Assembly (NCBI GenBank): GCA_030390025.1
Contig: CM059425.1
Coordinates: 166,658,001 to 166,722,000, forward strand
Direction of reading: 5' to 3'
Source of the DNA: Squalus acanthias
Lineage: Eukaryota
Length of the DNA: 64,000 nt
Shown one piece after another: positions 1 to 11,775 of this stretch; the first letter of the stretch is position 1, and every line of letters starts with the position of its first letter. The notes under the pieces were generated by a model. That model was given only the letters and a program-made list of their open reading frames with translations, made no database searches and was not told the origin of the DNA. The position numbers and the translations under genes are program-made.

Positions 1-2514
1 GGGAAATTAACTTAGTTTAATTTGGTTAATGTGCTAAATGTAAGTGCCAGTTCTTGTGCTTTGCATACATTAATGGGTGGAACTTTGTAAATTGATTCCA
101 GCCATTCAATTAGAACCAGGAATTGTTTTTTTTATAGATTTCATCATTGTCTTAACGTCAGATTCAAATGTGGTTGATTGTCGCAGGTCACTGCCTATTT
201 AAACTGGCAATCCGACATGGATGAAAGGGCTATGGGCTGTCTGAAAGCTATGATGTGTCTTTTAAATTCATTTGATTTCTTTCTTCAAAGAAATTCAAAA
301 GATAAAAGCTGTCTCCGTCTGCAGGTTCTTTAGTTTTAACTGGATCTGAAGACTGTTGAATAAAAGAGCTCCTTGACTGTGTAGCTCACGTATTTCATGT
401 GAAATTTCCAACCTGAGTTATACATCTTGAGGCAACACCTGTTACTGGGGAACGTGAGGAGGCTGGATTATTAGCAGTTACCATTCCAGAACTCAGGACT
501 TTGTTTTGTTCAGAGAGACTGGTCAATGCTATAAATACTCTTGAGGGAGGGGGAGGAATTTCTGGATAGTTTTCTCTAGAGTGCAGTCTCACTTTAGAGG
601 AAAGCACAGGTACAGAAAGGGAAGAGTGAGTCTGTTAGTCAGTAGGGTAAAGGGGAACCAAGGGGAGATAGAGAAGGAGGTCTTGCAAACACTGGTCCTA
701 TCCAACAGGTACAATGTACTTGCTACCTGTGAGGATAAGGATGCAGGCTGCAGGGTGGACAGCCAAAATATTAAGCATGGCACCATGGAGCAGGAGGCAG
801 TCCAAGTGGGGAAGAGCAGACTAGAAAGGTCGTAGGGAAGAAAAGGGAGGAGGTCCTGCTAAGGGAATATCAGAAGTTAGGAACAAAATAAAAAAATAGG
901 ACCTCACGGGTGGTAATCGCAGAATTACTATGTGAGCCATGTGCTAATTGGCATAGGGATAGACAGATCAGGAAGGATAATATGTGGCTGAAAGAATGGT
1001 CCGGGAAGGAGGGGTTCCATTTCATGGGACACTGATGAAGGGATAATTACTAGTCCTAGCCCCTTTTGGGCTACCCCAGATCAGGCGTATTCCCCAGACG
1101 TTCACCTTCAACTAAAGTTAGAGGTAGCCAAATCCTAAAGACGCTTAATTGGGTCTAAAGGTCCAGACTATCTCTCCCTAAAGGAAAGGAACGACCTGAA
1201 GATGTTACCGTCCTCCAGATAGCACTTTTAATAAGTTTAGCTAGACTGTAACCTTCCGGATATTATGAGGGTCCGGAAAACTCCCCCAGAATTCTGCAAC
1301 TCCTCACCAAAGAGTGTACAGAGATTGAATTTGTGAGTTTGATACAGAAGTACTATGTGCGACAATTCTAAAAATATATAGATTTATTAAAGAACCGACA
1401 TGTAATTACAGTTGGTGATTCAGTCGCAACATTAACAGTTCCAAATACAAAAATGCTTTTACAATTCTATTATCAGAGATCCTTATTCTCAAATCTTCAC
1501 TTCATTACATTTTTACGTTTCTTAGTCTTATTCCAGGATATCCACCAAAATCAAATACCTTTGATACCCGAGTCACAAAGAGTTGAAGACTTACAGAGCC
1601 TGCCTCTGAAGCCTGAGAATCGCTTTGCCCCTTCAAGCGAATCTATCTTCCCATTTGAAAGTCCAATATTTATACTCTTTCTCAGTGGTATATCCTTTGA
1701 AGTTTTCTGCTGATGTAAGCTAATTATCTCTAGTCATTTTTCTGTTGACCCCTTCTATTCTTACAGTCAGTTCAGCTGGTAGCAAGCAGACGCGTGTCTC
1801 CTTTAAGTGTTTCAAGTTCAACACAAAAACAGTGTGATGGGTGGTGCCTCTCCCACTTGATGCCATTCTTACCAAGGTCTTCTGTTTGTATCTTTTGCAT
1901 TTAGAACACCTCAACCGGATGTACCATTGTCTTCTTAGTTACCTCAACTGGTTGCATTAAGAATTATGTCTGCTGTGTAGGTGTCTCAAGCTTATCATAA
2001 AAAATGGTTGTAATTGGTGCATCTATTTGATGTCATTTTTACAAAGGCATATGTTTCTTTAATTTTCTGTGTTTCATTTCAAAGTGTTGGTTTAAGACAC
2101 TTTAACAGAGTATTCCATTGTGTTCTTTCCAAGGCTGCAGACTTCCAGGAACCTTTAGGGGTAGAAATTAGGTCGCGCCCCATTTGGGGCGCAAATATCG
2201 TCCGAGCGCAAATATTAGCGCCTGGCGCTAATTATCGGCACTGACAGGAAACTTCACTTTTACCGCCCCGGGAGGTGAGTGGAGCGCTAAATTAGGCGCT
2301 GCACACCTCTCTTAAGGCGCAAAGGCCTAGGAGTGAGGCGCTACCTCAGCGCACGAGCGCAGCGCAGCTGCTGCCAGTTAGCGAGGGAACACAGACACAC
2401 TGGCGCCGGACACTTCTTAAAGCGGGGGGGGCCACTTGCTCCCCAGCCACACCCTGCTCATTGCAGCCTTGAATCTCGGCCTGGAGAGACCTGTAATCCA
2501 TTTTGCTGCCAAGC

Positions 2515-4479
2515 ATGGAGAGGGTGAGAGAACGCGCTCATCGCTTCACCGAGCGGGCCTTGGATGCTCTGGTTGACGCAGTGGAGCGCAGACGATGCAT
2601 GCTGTTCCCGGAGAGTGGCAGGAGGCCTTTGCCACGCGAGTTCAGAAGAGTGTGGAGGGAGGTGGCTCAGAGCGTCTCCTCCAGGAGCATGGTGCCCAGG
2701 ACCCATGTTCAGTGCCGCAAAAAATTCAACGACCTCACTCGGGTCGTCAGGGTGAGTGGCTTTTTCTCAATACCTCTCCATCCCTCCATCTCAACCTCAC
2801 TATATGGCCAGAGGGTCTTAAAACCCCAATGCACAACACTCATGCAACACCTATGGCCCTTTCATCAAACACACACACACATTCCACACTTTGCATACAG
2901 TAAGGGCTATTCACCTATGGGAGGCACATCAGGCAAGACCATGGCTGCATATTGTAAGGGCTATTCACCTATGGGAGGCACATCAGGCAAGACCATGGCT
3001 GCATATTGTAAGGGCTATTCACCTATGGGAGGCACATCAGGCAAGACCATGGCTGTATATTTACTCAGATGCTGTCCTTTTTCTTGCAGGCTAAGCTGGC
3101 TCATAATCGGAGACAGCAGCAACGGACGGGTGGAGGGCGGCTTCAGCTGCAACTCCTCAGCGATCTGGAGGAGCGCGTCCACAGGATTGTGGCAAGCCGG
3201 GTGATCGGTCCCGTCGCCACTGGGGACGCCGACCCCGTTGTGGACAGCAATGGTAAGGTCATCACCTTTTTGTCCTCTGTCCTTCCACTTGTCCCTCACA
3301 ATACCAGCCTTTGACACTTTCAATCCAACTTGCTAACTCGCTGCACTTATTCCTCCCTTACTGCCACCCTGTCCTCACGCTAAAGCCACTCTTGTACCTC
3401 CCTACTTTCAGATGGTGATTCACCAGCTGAGGAGATGGTCCCTGAAGCTGCCACTGGGAGTGATGCTGCAGCTGAGGAGGAAGAGGAAGCCGGAGCATCA
3501 GTGCCACCCTCTCCCGAGGAAGCCCATGGCCACACTGGGAACACGCCTTCCCCGGAGGGGAGCAGGGGGGAAGGGGCTGATGATGGTGAAGCTCCAGGAC
3601 CCAGCGGGCTGCAGCAACGCCATGGGGGGGGGGAGGGAAGAACGGGGGAGCAGGGGGGAAGGGGCTGATGATGGTGAAGCTCCAGGACCCAGCGGGCTGC
3701 AGCAACGCCATGGGGGGGGGAGGGAAGAACGGGAGCCTTCTCCCCAGAGGGAGAGTATGCCAGACACTCCTACTGCAATGGACGCAGAGGAGGAGCGGCT
3801 GATTGCAGAAATGAACAGCCAGGCGGTGGGCATGCACACTGAGCTCATGGGTGCATTGGGAAGGGTGCCCGAATGCATTGAGGCACTGGCAAGGAGTGTG
3901 GAGCACTTCGCTGTAGCACAGGCGGATGCCACACTAAAGCTTAGTGCTGCAATTCAGTCACTGGCTGCCAGGAACCCATCTGAGACTGCTCTCATGCAGA
4001 CTCAGATTGAGGCCACGCGAGCACTGACTGCTGCCATCCTCGATGGTTCATGCACATGTCCCCGGGGCTGTCACCGCGCCGCAGCAGGCCAGCAATCTGT
4101 TCTCCGGCAAATTGCTCCGGATGCTGAAGTGCTGCCCCGTGGGAGTGCCAGTGTGTCGGGCGAGCAGGGAGTTGCTGTCCTCTCTCACGATGACAGCATT
4201 CCTGCTGCCAACACTGTCACTTCTCCACTGCACTTGCCACCGCCTGTAGGACAGACTGCTGCCGCCCATGCAGAGTTGGTGCAGTCTGCAGCCGGGCCCT
4301 CCAGGCCCAGAAGTGGTCGAGGCCGTCCTTCAGGGGCATCTGCAGTGTCAGGGTCTGACGAGCAGCAGCCTTCCACCAGCCTTGCTGCAGCCACTGAGGT
4401 CCCATTACGGAGGAGCAGTAGGGTTAGAAGGGGGGAAGTGCGCAAGGGAAGGAGATCACCCTCGAAGGGCAAAAAGTAG
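2515..4479 (+). CDS. Harbinger Myb/SANT-like (trihelix-type) DNA-binding protein; predicted exons 2515-2751, 3090-3252, 3412-4479; frameshift at a poly-G tract near 3624-3633
   Basis: Exon 1 encodes RFTERALDALV..W.EVA....RT..QCRKKFNDL. GT-AG introns (GTGAGT at 2752, TTGCAG ending 3089, GTAAGG at 3253, TTTCAG ending 3411) join in phase. Acidic low-complexity region, then a predicted coiled-coil region and a basic C-terminus. Confidence 0.85.
2900..3060 (+). repeat. 54-bp tandem repeat x3 in Myb intron 1 (x2 in copy 2)
   Basis: GTAAGGGCTATTCACCTATGGGAGGCACATCAGGCAAGACCATGGCTG units start at 2900, 2954 and 3008. Confidence 0.95.
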
Positions 4480-4773
4480 GAGGTGTGCCAAAATGCTGGT
4501 CATTTTTTTATTAAAGGCCGATGTTCATGGCCCAACTTTTGTTTAGTGTTTTGGACATTATCTCCAGGTTGTGAGAACCAGTTATGTTATTGACTGTTTT
4601 TTTGTGTTTATTTCTATGAGTTTGTCATGAGGAATTGACACACACAGAGTTTGTACAATAAATAAGTTTCTGTATTCAAAATATACATGGCTGGTGGTTG
4701 GAATTATTGGTGCCTTGGCCGGCTTAGGGGTTGCGTGCTGGGTTGATTCGTGTTTGTAGCAATGGCAGGGGCC

Positions 4774-5934
4774 CTAGAAGCGGCTTGCTATTAGTCGTTG
4801 ACGGACGGCCCTTGCAGTTTGACCATTGTGGGCCGCCCTCCTGCCTTGGTGCTGCTGCTGATCATCGTCCTCGTCCTGTTCCTCCTCTTCCTCCTCCTCC
4901 TCTTGTGGTGCTGCAAGGCCTGGTGGCATTGGCTGCGTCCTGAGGATTGCCATGTTGTGCAACATGCAGCACACGACTACGAATTTCGAAACTTGCTCAG
5001 GCGAGTACTGCAGGGCTCCTCCGGAATGGTCCAGACAGCGGAATCGTTGTTTCAGCACGCCGATTGTGCGCTCAATAATGTTCCTGGTTGCTTGTTGGCT
5101 TTCCTGGTACCGCAGCTCAGCAGGGGTGTTTGGCGCACGGAGCGGTGTCATCAGCCAGGTGCTCAATGCGTACCCTTTGTCCCCCAGAAGCCAACCAACT
5201 GGCTGATGCGGTGCCTCGAAAATTTCTGCCACAGTACTCTGGCGCAGGATGAAAGCATCGTGGCAGCTGCCCGGATAGTGGGCATTGACAGCGAGAATCA
5301 CCTGTCTGTGGTCACAGACCAACTGCACATTCAAGGAATGGAACCCCTTTCTGTTCCGGAACTCCTCTGCATTCTCTCGCGGAGCACGCAAAGCCACATG
5401 CGTGCAGTCAATGGCGCCCTGCACCATGGGGAAGCCCGCTACCCTCGCAAAGCCCATAGCACGGTCATGCTGCTTGTCTGGGGTCATAGGGAAGGAGATG
5501 AAGTCTCGTCTCCTTGTGAAGAGGGCATTGGTGACCTGCCAGATGCAGCGATGCACCGCAAACTGGGAGATATTGGCGAGGTCCCCAACAGCAGCTTGGA
5601 ATGAGCCAGTGGCGTAGAAGTTCAAAGCCACTGTGACCTTCACTGCCACCGACAGAGACGTCCTGGACCTCAGCTGAGGCTGCAGATCTGGCTGTAGCAG
5701 GTGGCAGAGCTCAGTGACCACCTCCTTGCTGAATCGCAGCCTTCGCAAACACAGCTCCTCGGACATATGGATGTAGGAGAGCTGTTCACGATATACCCTG
5801 GGAGGGTAAGCTCTCCTGTACATGCGCCTGATGGCCCTCCTCCGTCTGGCCATCATTGCCACTCTCTGTCTGCGTCTCACTATCCTCCGATTGAGCTGGA
5901 GCAGGACGACGCTCCCAATCATTGCAGCCCCCAT
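4774..5934 (-). CDS. Harbinger (HARBI1-like, DDE_Tnp_4-type) transposase, intact, 386 aa
   Basis: Motifs [42 protein letters not shown] and CCMLHN; full D-D-E triad present. Confidence 0.95.
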   Translation of the reverse strand: MGAAMIGSVVLLQLNRRIVRRRQRVAMMARRRRAIRRMYRRAYPPRVYREQLSYIHMSEELCLRRLRFSKEVVTELCHLLQPDLQPQLRSRTSLSVAVKVTVALNFYATGSFQAAVGDLANISQFAVHRCIWQVTNALFTRRRDFISFPMTPDKQHDRAMGFARVAGFPMVQGAIDCTHVALRAPRENAEEFRNRKGFHSLNVQLVCDHRQVILAVNAHYPGSCHDAFILRQSTVAEIFEAPHQPVGWLLGDKGYALSTWLMTPLRAPNTPAELRYQESQQATRNIIERTIGVLKQRFRCLDHSGGALQYSPEQVSKFVVVCCMLHNMAILRTQPMPPGLAAPQEEEEEEEEQDEDDDQQQHQGRRAAHNGQTARAVRQRLIASRF

Positions 5935-7520
5935 ATTCTCTTTGCCAGAAAAGTAATGAGGTACAGCAACTAAAGTAGCAGCAAAGTTAGGATGAACTAG
6001 GCAAAACTACCTCACAAAGCGTTGAGTCAATGTAGAAGTCTCTCTCTCTCTCTCTCCGAATCTCTCTCTCTCTCTCAGAACGAGTGGTGCATAAATGTCG
6101 ACCACAGAAAAAGACAGGAAGAGGCCCCCTTTAAATAGCGCCCCCCCCAGCCCCACACCGATTGATAACGTTCCAGTCTTCCGGTCGTTGGAAGCGCCAG
6201 GCGGTAAGGCAGGGGGCGCCACTCAATTTCCGCTCCGGGGCGCCCCAAGGGCGTTGCACCATGGAATGACGTCACAATCTGCGCGCGCAGGTGGTCGCAG
6301 CGGTAAGTTTTAGCGCCGCCGCACAATCTCAAGTTAAGTTCTCGAGCGGCGCAAACAGCGCTGCGCCCGGGCGTTAGCGCCTTAACGCCCCATTAGCGCC
6401 CTCTTAAGGCGCTAACGGGAGGCGCAACCAACTGAATTTTTCCCCCTTAATCTTTTGTTTCATTAAGGCTATTGTTTCAGTGTCAACAACTTATCTTATC
6501 TCAACAGCCTGTATGCTGTTTACAGCTTTAGATTGTTGAGGTTTCCAGATTTTCAAACCCAGTATGTCATGTTTTAATAAAGTCAAAATTCTTTCATAGG
6601 ATGGTGTATATTTCTGAATAGGTGTATTCCTTCACACTGACACCAGTACTGGGACAAAAAGGAGCTATGCCGCTGGGACGGACTCTACCTGAACCGGAGT
6701 GGGACCAGTGCCCTAGCCGAAAGGATAAATAAGGCTATAGATAGGATTTTAAACTAGTAAGATGAAGGGAGGGATCTGATGAATATAACATAAATCTGAA
6801 GACGAAAGAAATAGGAGATGAGAGTAAAGGTCAGACCAAGGTAACGAATAAGGGCAACATAAACGGTCAGGGATCAAATACTGTTATAAAACAGAAGTAT
6901 AAAAGGACTGTTAAAAATAAAGTAAAAGGAACAACTATTAAAGACAAATTAAACTGACTGTACAGCAATTTACGCAGCATCCAAAATAAAACGGGAGAAC
7001 TGGAGGCAATAATCTGTAGTGAGGAACTAGATATAGTAGGAATAACTGAAACATAGCTACATAAAGAACAGGACTGGCAACTAAATAATTCAGGTTATAA
7101 CATCATCAGAAAGGATAGAGAAGGAATAAGGGGAAGGAGGGGTGGGGTCACTTTACTAATTACAGATAACATAAAGGCAGTAGAAAAAAGGGACATAACT
7201 AACAGGAAGTTAGAAACAAAATCCATAGGGATTGAAATAAAAGATAAGAAGGGATCGATCTCACTAATAAGGGTATACTACAGACCACTTAATAGTGGAA
7301 AGGAAGTGGAGGAAGAAATATGTAAGCCAACAGGTGAGGTAATGCATTTAGGGAGGGCTAACAAGGCAAGGGATTACACAATAAATGATAGGATACTGAG
7401 AAGTGTAGAGGAACACAGGGACCTTGTAGTGCATGTCCACGGATCCTGAAGGTAGCAGGACAGGTAGATAAGGTGGTTAAGAAGGCATATGGGATACTTT
7501 CCTTTATTAGCTGAGGCATA

Positions 7521-8325
7521 GGGCTGGATTTTGTCAGCCCCAAGGAAGCGGGTATGGAGGCGGGACTGTTGGTAAAGTTGCAGAATTTGGGGGCGGGTGG
7601 CAAACCCGCCCACATCCCGCCTCCGTGCCCTCTTGCCAGGAAGCGGGAAACCGTCCTGCCCCGGGTCCTGTCTCCTCAAGGTGGGAAAGGGATTAAAGCC
7701 TATTAACTGCCTGTTTTACCTTCCCAAGTGCAGGCTTCCCAACCTCGGGGAACCCCGCCAGGGTGGAGGAGATGAGTAGGAGGTCTGCGGGGGTCGGAGG
7801 GGTCTGAAAGTGTGATGTAGAGGTGAGTGATGGGTGCAAGTGTGGAGTGGAAAGTACGTAAGGTGAGTGTAAAGTGTCAGAAAATGTTCACTTACCTTTG
7901 TTTCTACCTACAGCCTTCAGCCGCTGTGGAGCCGGAGTCTCAACATCTCCATTGTAGATTTCACAGACTGGCTGTTGGATCCTCCGAACCAGCAGCCAGC
8001 TGATTTCTGCAAAGTTGAAAGGTTTGATGAGTCCTGAACACAAGGGCTCATCAAACTACACAGAATGTCAGTGTTTGACAGCTTCACAGAGCTGCCAAAC
8101 GCTGACATTTCTTCTTTCAAGAAATCTTGACAGATGGCACATCATACGTTGATGTGCTCTGTCAATGACTTCCCCCTAATTGGCCTGCTGAGCCCGCTGG
8201 GCAGGCTTAACAAGGTCAATCAGGGGAAAATCCCTCTGGTTGGCCAGAAACTGATGGAGGCGGGATTGAAAGCCAGCAAGCAGCAGTCCCGCCTCCAAAA
8301 GCTTCCCATTGACAAAATCCAGCCC
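7521..8325. mobile_element. Harbinger-type MITE (about 805 bp)
   Basis: Perfect TIR GGGCTGGATTTTGTCA, ATA TSD, splits a CR1 RT. Homologous to 60788-61594. Confidence 0.9.
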
Positions 8326-8968
8326 ATAGAATATAAGAGCAGGGAGGTTATGCTTGAACTGTATAAAACACTAGTTAGATCACAGCTAGAGTACTGCGTA
8401 CAGTTCTGGTCACCACATTACAGGAAAGATGTGATTGTTCTAGAGAGGGTACAGAGGAGATTTATGAGGATGTTGCCAGGACTGGTGAATTTTAGCTATG
8501 AGGAGAGATTGGATAGGATGGGGTTGTTTTCTTTGGAACAGAGGAGGCTGAGGGGAGACTTGATTGAGGTGTATAAAATTATGAGGGACCTAGAAAGAGT
8601 GGATAGGAAGGACCTATTTCCCTGAGCAGAGAGGTCAATAACCAAGGGGCATAGATTTAAAGTAATTGGTGGAAGGATTAGAGGGGAGTTGAGGAGAACG
8701 TTTTTCATCCAGAGGGTGGTGGGGGTCTGGAACTCACTGCCTGAAAGGGTGGTAGTGGCAGAAACCCTCACTGCATTTAAAAAGTACTTGAATATGCACT
8801 TGAAGTGCCGTAACTTACAAGGCTAAGGACCAAGAGCTGGAAAGTGGGATTAGGCTGGATAGCTCTTTTTCGGCCAACACAGACACGATGGGCCAAATGG
8901 CCTCTTTCTGTGCCATAAATTTCTCTGATTCTCTGATTCTCTGATATGTGCAATGAGTAAAGGACATA

Positions 8969-9436
8969 GGGCTAGAAATTCGGCTCCTTTGCGCCTGCCA
9001 TTGGCGCCTCCAGGGGCGCTAACGAGACGCAAAGGGCTTAGCGCCCGGGGGAGGGGGAGGGGCGAAAAAGCTCCTCCCGAGAAATTTGGTGAGGCATCGC
9101 TGAGGCGCTACCCGATAGTGCCGCGCCCCTGTCAGTAGCACCCCGAGCCGCTGTGCCGCCGGCGGTGACATCATCGCTGTGCGCCGTGACCCCTTAGTCT
9201 TACCGCCCTGTGGCAGAAATTTGGCTGCGCCCCGCAGTGTCAGCACCAGCCTCGCGGGTCATGAGCCGGGATGACCTCCACTCGCGGGATGGTATTTAAA
9301 GGGGAGGTGCGGCTGCGACCTGCGCTGCCATTTTCTTTTTTTGGCCAACCTCCAGGTCGGCCCTCCGTGGTGTGCCATGGCGTGGTCCTGGCCCCAGTCC
9401 CGCCTCCAACTCGTCTCCATTGAGAAAATCCAGCCC
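8969..9436. mobile_element. Non-autonomous Harbinger-type element, possibly chimeric
   Basis: Left end GGGCTAGAAATTC followed by GCGCTAA-rich sequence. Right end GAAAATCCAGCCC. Flanks ATA and TAA do not match. Confidence 0.6.
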
Positions 9437-9439
9437 TAA

Positions 9440-11775
9440 GTGTCTAAATGGGGTAGAGGAGCAGAGGGGTACAGATAGACAAATCACTAAAAGTAGTGAT
9501 GCAGGTTAATAAGCCCATAAAAATGCATACAAAGCACTGGGGTTTATTTCTAGAGGGATAGAATTAAACTTGTATAGAACCTTGGTTAGACCACTTAAAC
9601 TGTTCTGGTCTCCAAATTATAAAAAGGATAAAGAGGCACTGGAGAAGGTGCAAAAAATATTTACTAGAATAATACCAGAACTGAGAGGTTATACCTATCA
9701 GGAAAGATTGAACCGGCTGGGGTGCTTTTCTCTAGAACAGGGAAGACTGTGAAGGGATAATTACAAGTCCTAGCCCTTTCGGACTACCCCAGATCAGGCG
9801 TATTCCCCAGACATTTACCCTCAACTAAAGTTAGTGGTAGCTGGATCCCATAAGATGCTTAATTGGGTCTAAAGGTTAGACTACCTCTCCCTAAAGGAAA
9901 GAAACGGTCTAAAGTTGTTACCGTCCTCCAGATAGTACTTTTAATAAGTTTAACTAGACTGTAACCTTCCGGATATTATAAGGGTCCGGAATACCCCCCA
10001 GAATTTTGCAACTCCTTTGAGTGTACGGAATTTGAGTTCGCAAGATGATACAGAAATACTCTTTGAGACTATTCTAAAAATATATAGATTTATTACAGAA
10101 CCGACATTCAGTTAACATTATGGCAATAGCAACTTTAATCGTTCAAAATACAAATAGCTTACATTATCTTATCAGAGATCCTATTCTCAAATCTTAACTT
10201 CGTTACATTTCCACACTTCTACTTATTTCTTAATCCAGAATATCCATCAAAATCAAATAAGAGTACCTTGATCCCCGAGACTCAAAAGTTAAAAACTTAC
10301 AGAGAATGTCTGTTAAGTTGAGAAACGCTTGTCTTCTCAGCGACTTCTGCTTTTCTGTTTGAAAAGGTCTATGTTTTATATTCTTTTTTGGGTGGTTTAT
10401 CCTTTGAAGTTTTCGTGCTGATGTAAACTAATCGTATCAAGTCATTCTTTGGTGACTTTGTTCTATTCTTTACTGTCATTTCAGCTGTCAGCTTTTAGAC
10501 TTGTGTCCTGTTTAGGTGTTTCCAAAACCATCATAAACACAATAACAGCAATGGTTTCTGTTTGATGCAATTCTTATCGAAGTCTTTCTATTGAATTTCT
10601 AATACTACTTTAACTGGTTTTTATCAGACGTTGTGACTCCATGGTATTCCAAGTTCAATACAAGAACAATGTAATTGCTTGGTGTATCCATTGAAGTAAT
10701 ATTTTCAAAGTCGTCTTGTTTGTGTACTTTTTACAACTTGTAAATTAAAAACACTTCTCTAGTATCTTCATGCATTTCTAATTTACTTCAATTGGTTTTT
10801 ATCAGACCTTGGGACTCCATCTTTCAAGCTTAACATTAAAACTATTTGTTCAGCAGGCGTCTCTTTCACTTGATGTCATTTCTTCAAAGCTTTCTGTAGG
10901 TATCACATTTATAATATGTAAATTGAAAACACTTTACTCAGTGTTTACTTGTTTTCTAGCTATCTGAATTGGTTGCATATTTAATCGTGTTTCCTGTCTT
11001 TAAGTTTAACATAAAACTATTTTACGACAGCTATTTCTTACTTGATGTCATTTTTTCAAAGGCACTTGTTTTTTTTAATGTACTGTGCACCTGTTCGACG
11101 TGTTAGATTATGACACTTTACTTGGGTCATTCCATTGTTTTGATTCCAATGTTCAGACACTCTGGAAGCAAACCTTTGCTTTATCAATAGGGCTTGTTTT
11201 AGCATTTTTAACTAATTCCCATATCAAAGCTTGTGTTCACAGCTTTGTGTTAACAAACCATCTTATCTCATAAGCCTGTATTCTGTTTGCAGCCTGTGTC
11301 TGCTAAGGCTTATGTCTTTTAAACCCAGTATGTCATTCATTAATAATTTCAGATATCTGTTCTTAGTATCGTGCATTTTTCTGAATCCTGGTTATTCCTT
11401 CACAACTGAAGGGTGATCTTTAAGTCTTTAAGATTATGAAAGGGTTTGATCGAGTAGACGTAGAGAAGGTGTTTTCACTTGCAGGGAGAGACCAGATCTA
11501 GGGGCCATAAATATAAATCCAATAGAGAATTCAGGATAAACTTCTTTACCCAGGGAGTGGTTAGAATGTGGATCTTGCTCCCACAAGGAGTAGTTGAGGC
11601 AACTAGCATAGATGCATTTAGGGGAAGCTAGATAGACACATGAGGGAGAAAGGAATAGAAGGATATGTGGATGGGGTTAGATGAAAAAGGGTGGGAGGAG
11701 GCTTGTGTGGAGCATAAACACCAGCATGGACCTGTTGGGTCGAATGGCTTGTTTCTATGCTGGAAATACTATGTA
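9440..11775 (+). mobile_element. CR1 3' fragment interrupted by a solo LTR
   Basis: YRTLVRP..FWSP..KVQK.FTR.IPEL peptide; continues after 11408 into a CR1 3' UTR. Confidence 0.75.
9750..11404. mobile_element. Solo LTR-like element, same family as 1036-6636
   Basis: TGAAGGGATAATTAC...GTTATTCCTTCACA. 4-bp TSD ACTG at 9746-9749 and 11405-11408. Confidence 0.75.

Larger units (their letters stand above)
2158..6446. mobile_element. PIF/Harbinger DNA transposon, full length, family A copy 1
   Basis: Imperfect TIRs GGGGTAGAAATT / AATTTTTCCCCC. TTA TSD at 2155-2157 and 6447-6449. Convergent Myb and DDE transposase genes. Confidence 0.95.
1036..6636. mobile_element. Solo LTR-like element (about 1.3 kb net of the nested Harbinger), Gypsy-type termini
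   Basis: Starts TGAAGGGATAA and ends TATTCCTTCACA (TG...CA). 4-bp TSD CTGA at 1032-1035 and 6637-6640. Homologous to 9750-11404. Confidence 0.75.
690..8945 (+). mobile_element. Degenerate CR1 LINE (ORF1 esterase, APE and RT 3' fragments, 3' tail), interrupted by a solo LTR and a MITE; may be more than one copy
   Basis: ORF1-like LSNRY motif near 700. The sequence rejoins across 1035/6637. RT C-terminal peptide LYKTLVRSQLEYCVQFWSP in ORF 8134-8625. (ATTCTCTG)n-type tail at about 8920-8945. Confidence 0.75.

Noticed and set aside
1..600. Host exon or ORF 395-607
   Set aside because: No recognisable protein motif or convincing splice pattern.
2900..3060. Regular direct repeats as a possible CRISPR array
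   Set aside because: The units are head-to-tail tandem copies with no unique spacers, inside an intron of a eukaryotic transposon.
2503..3204. 233-aa unspliced Myb ORF as the true protein
   Set aside because: It reads through intron 1. A strong donor at 2752 and an in-phase exon 2 conserved in other families argue for splicing.
4798..5604. 268-aa ORF antisense to the transposase (also 53188-53985)
   Set aside because: It is a shadow frame of a GC-rich coding strand. Its presence in both copies only reflects their near identity, and it has no recognisable motif.
4774..5934. Domesticated host gene HARBI1
   Set aside because: It is flanked by TIRs and a TSD, is multi-copy, and is paired with a Myb ORF, so it is a transposon gene.
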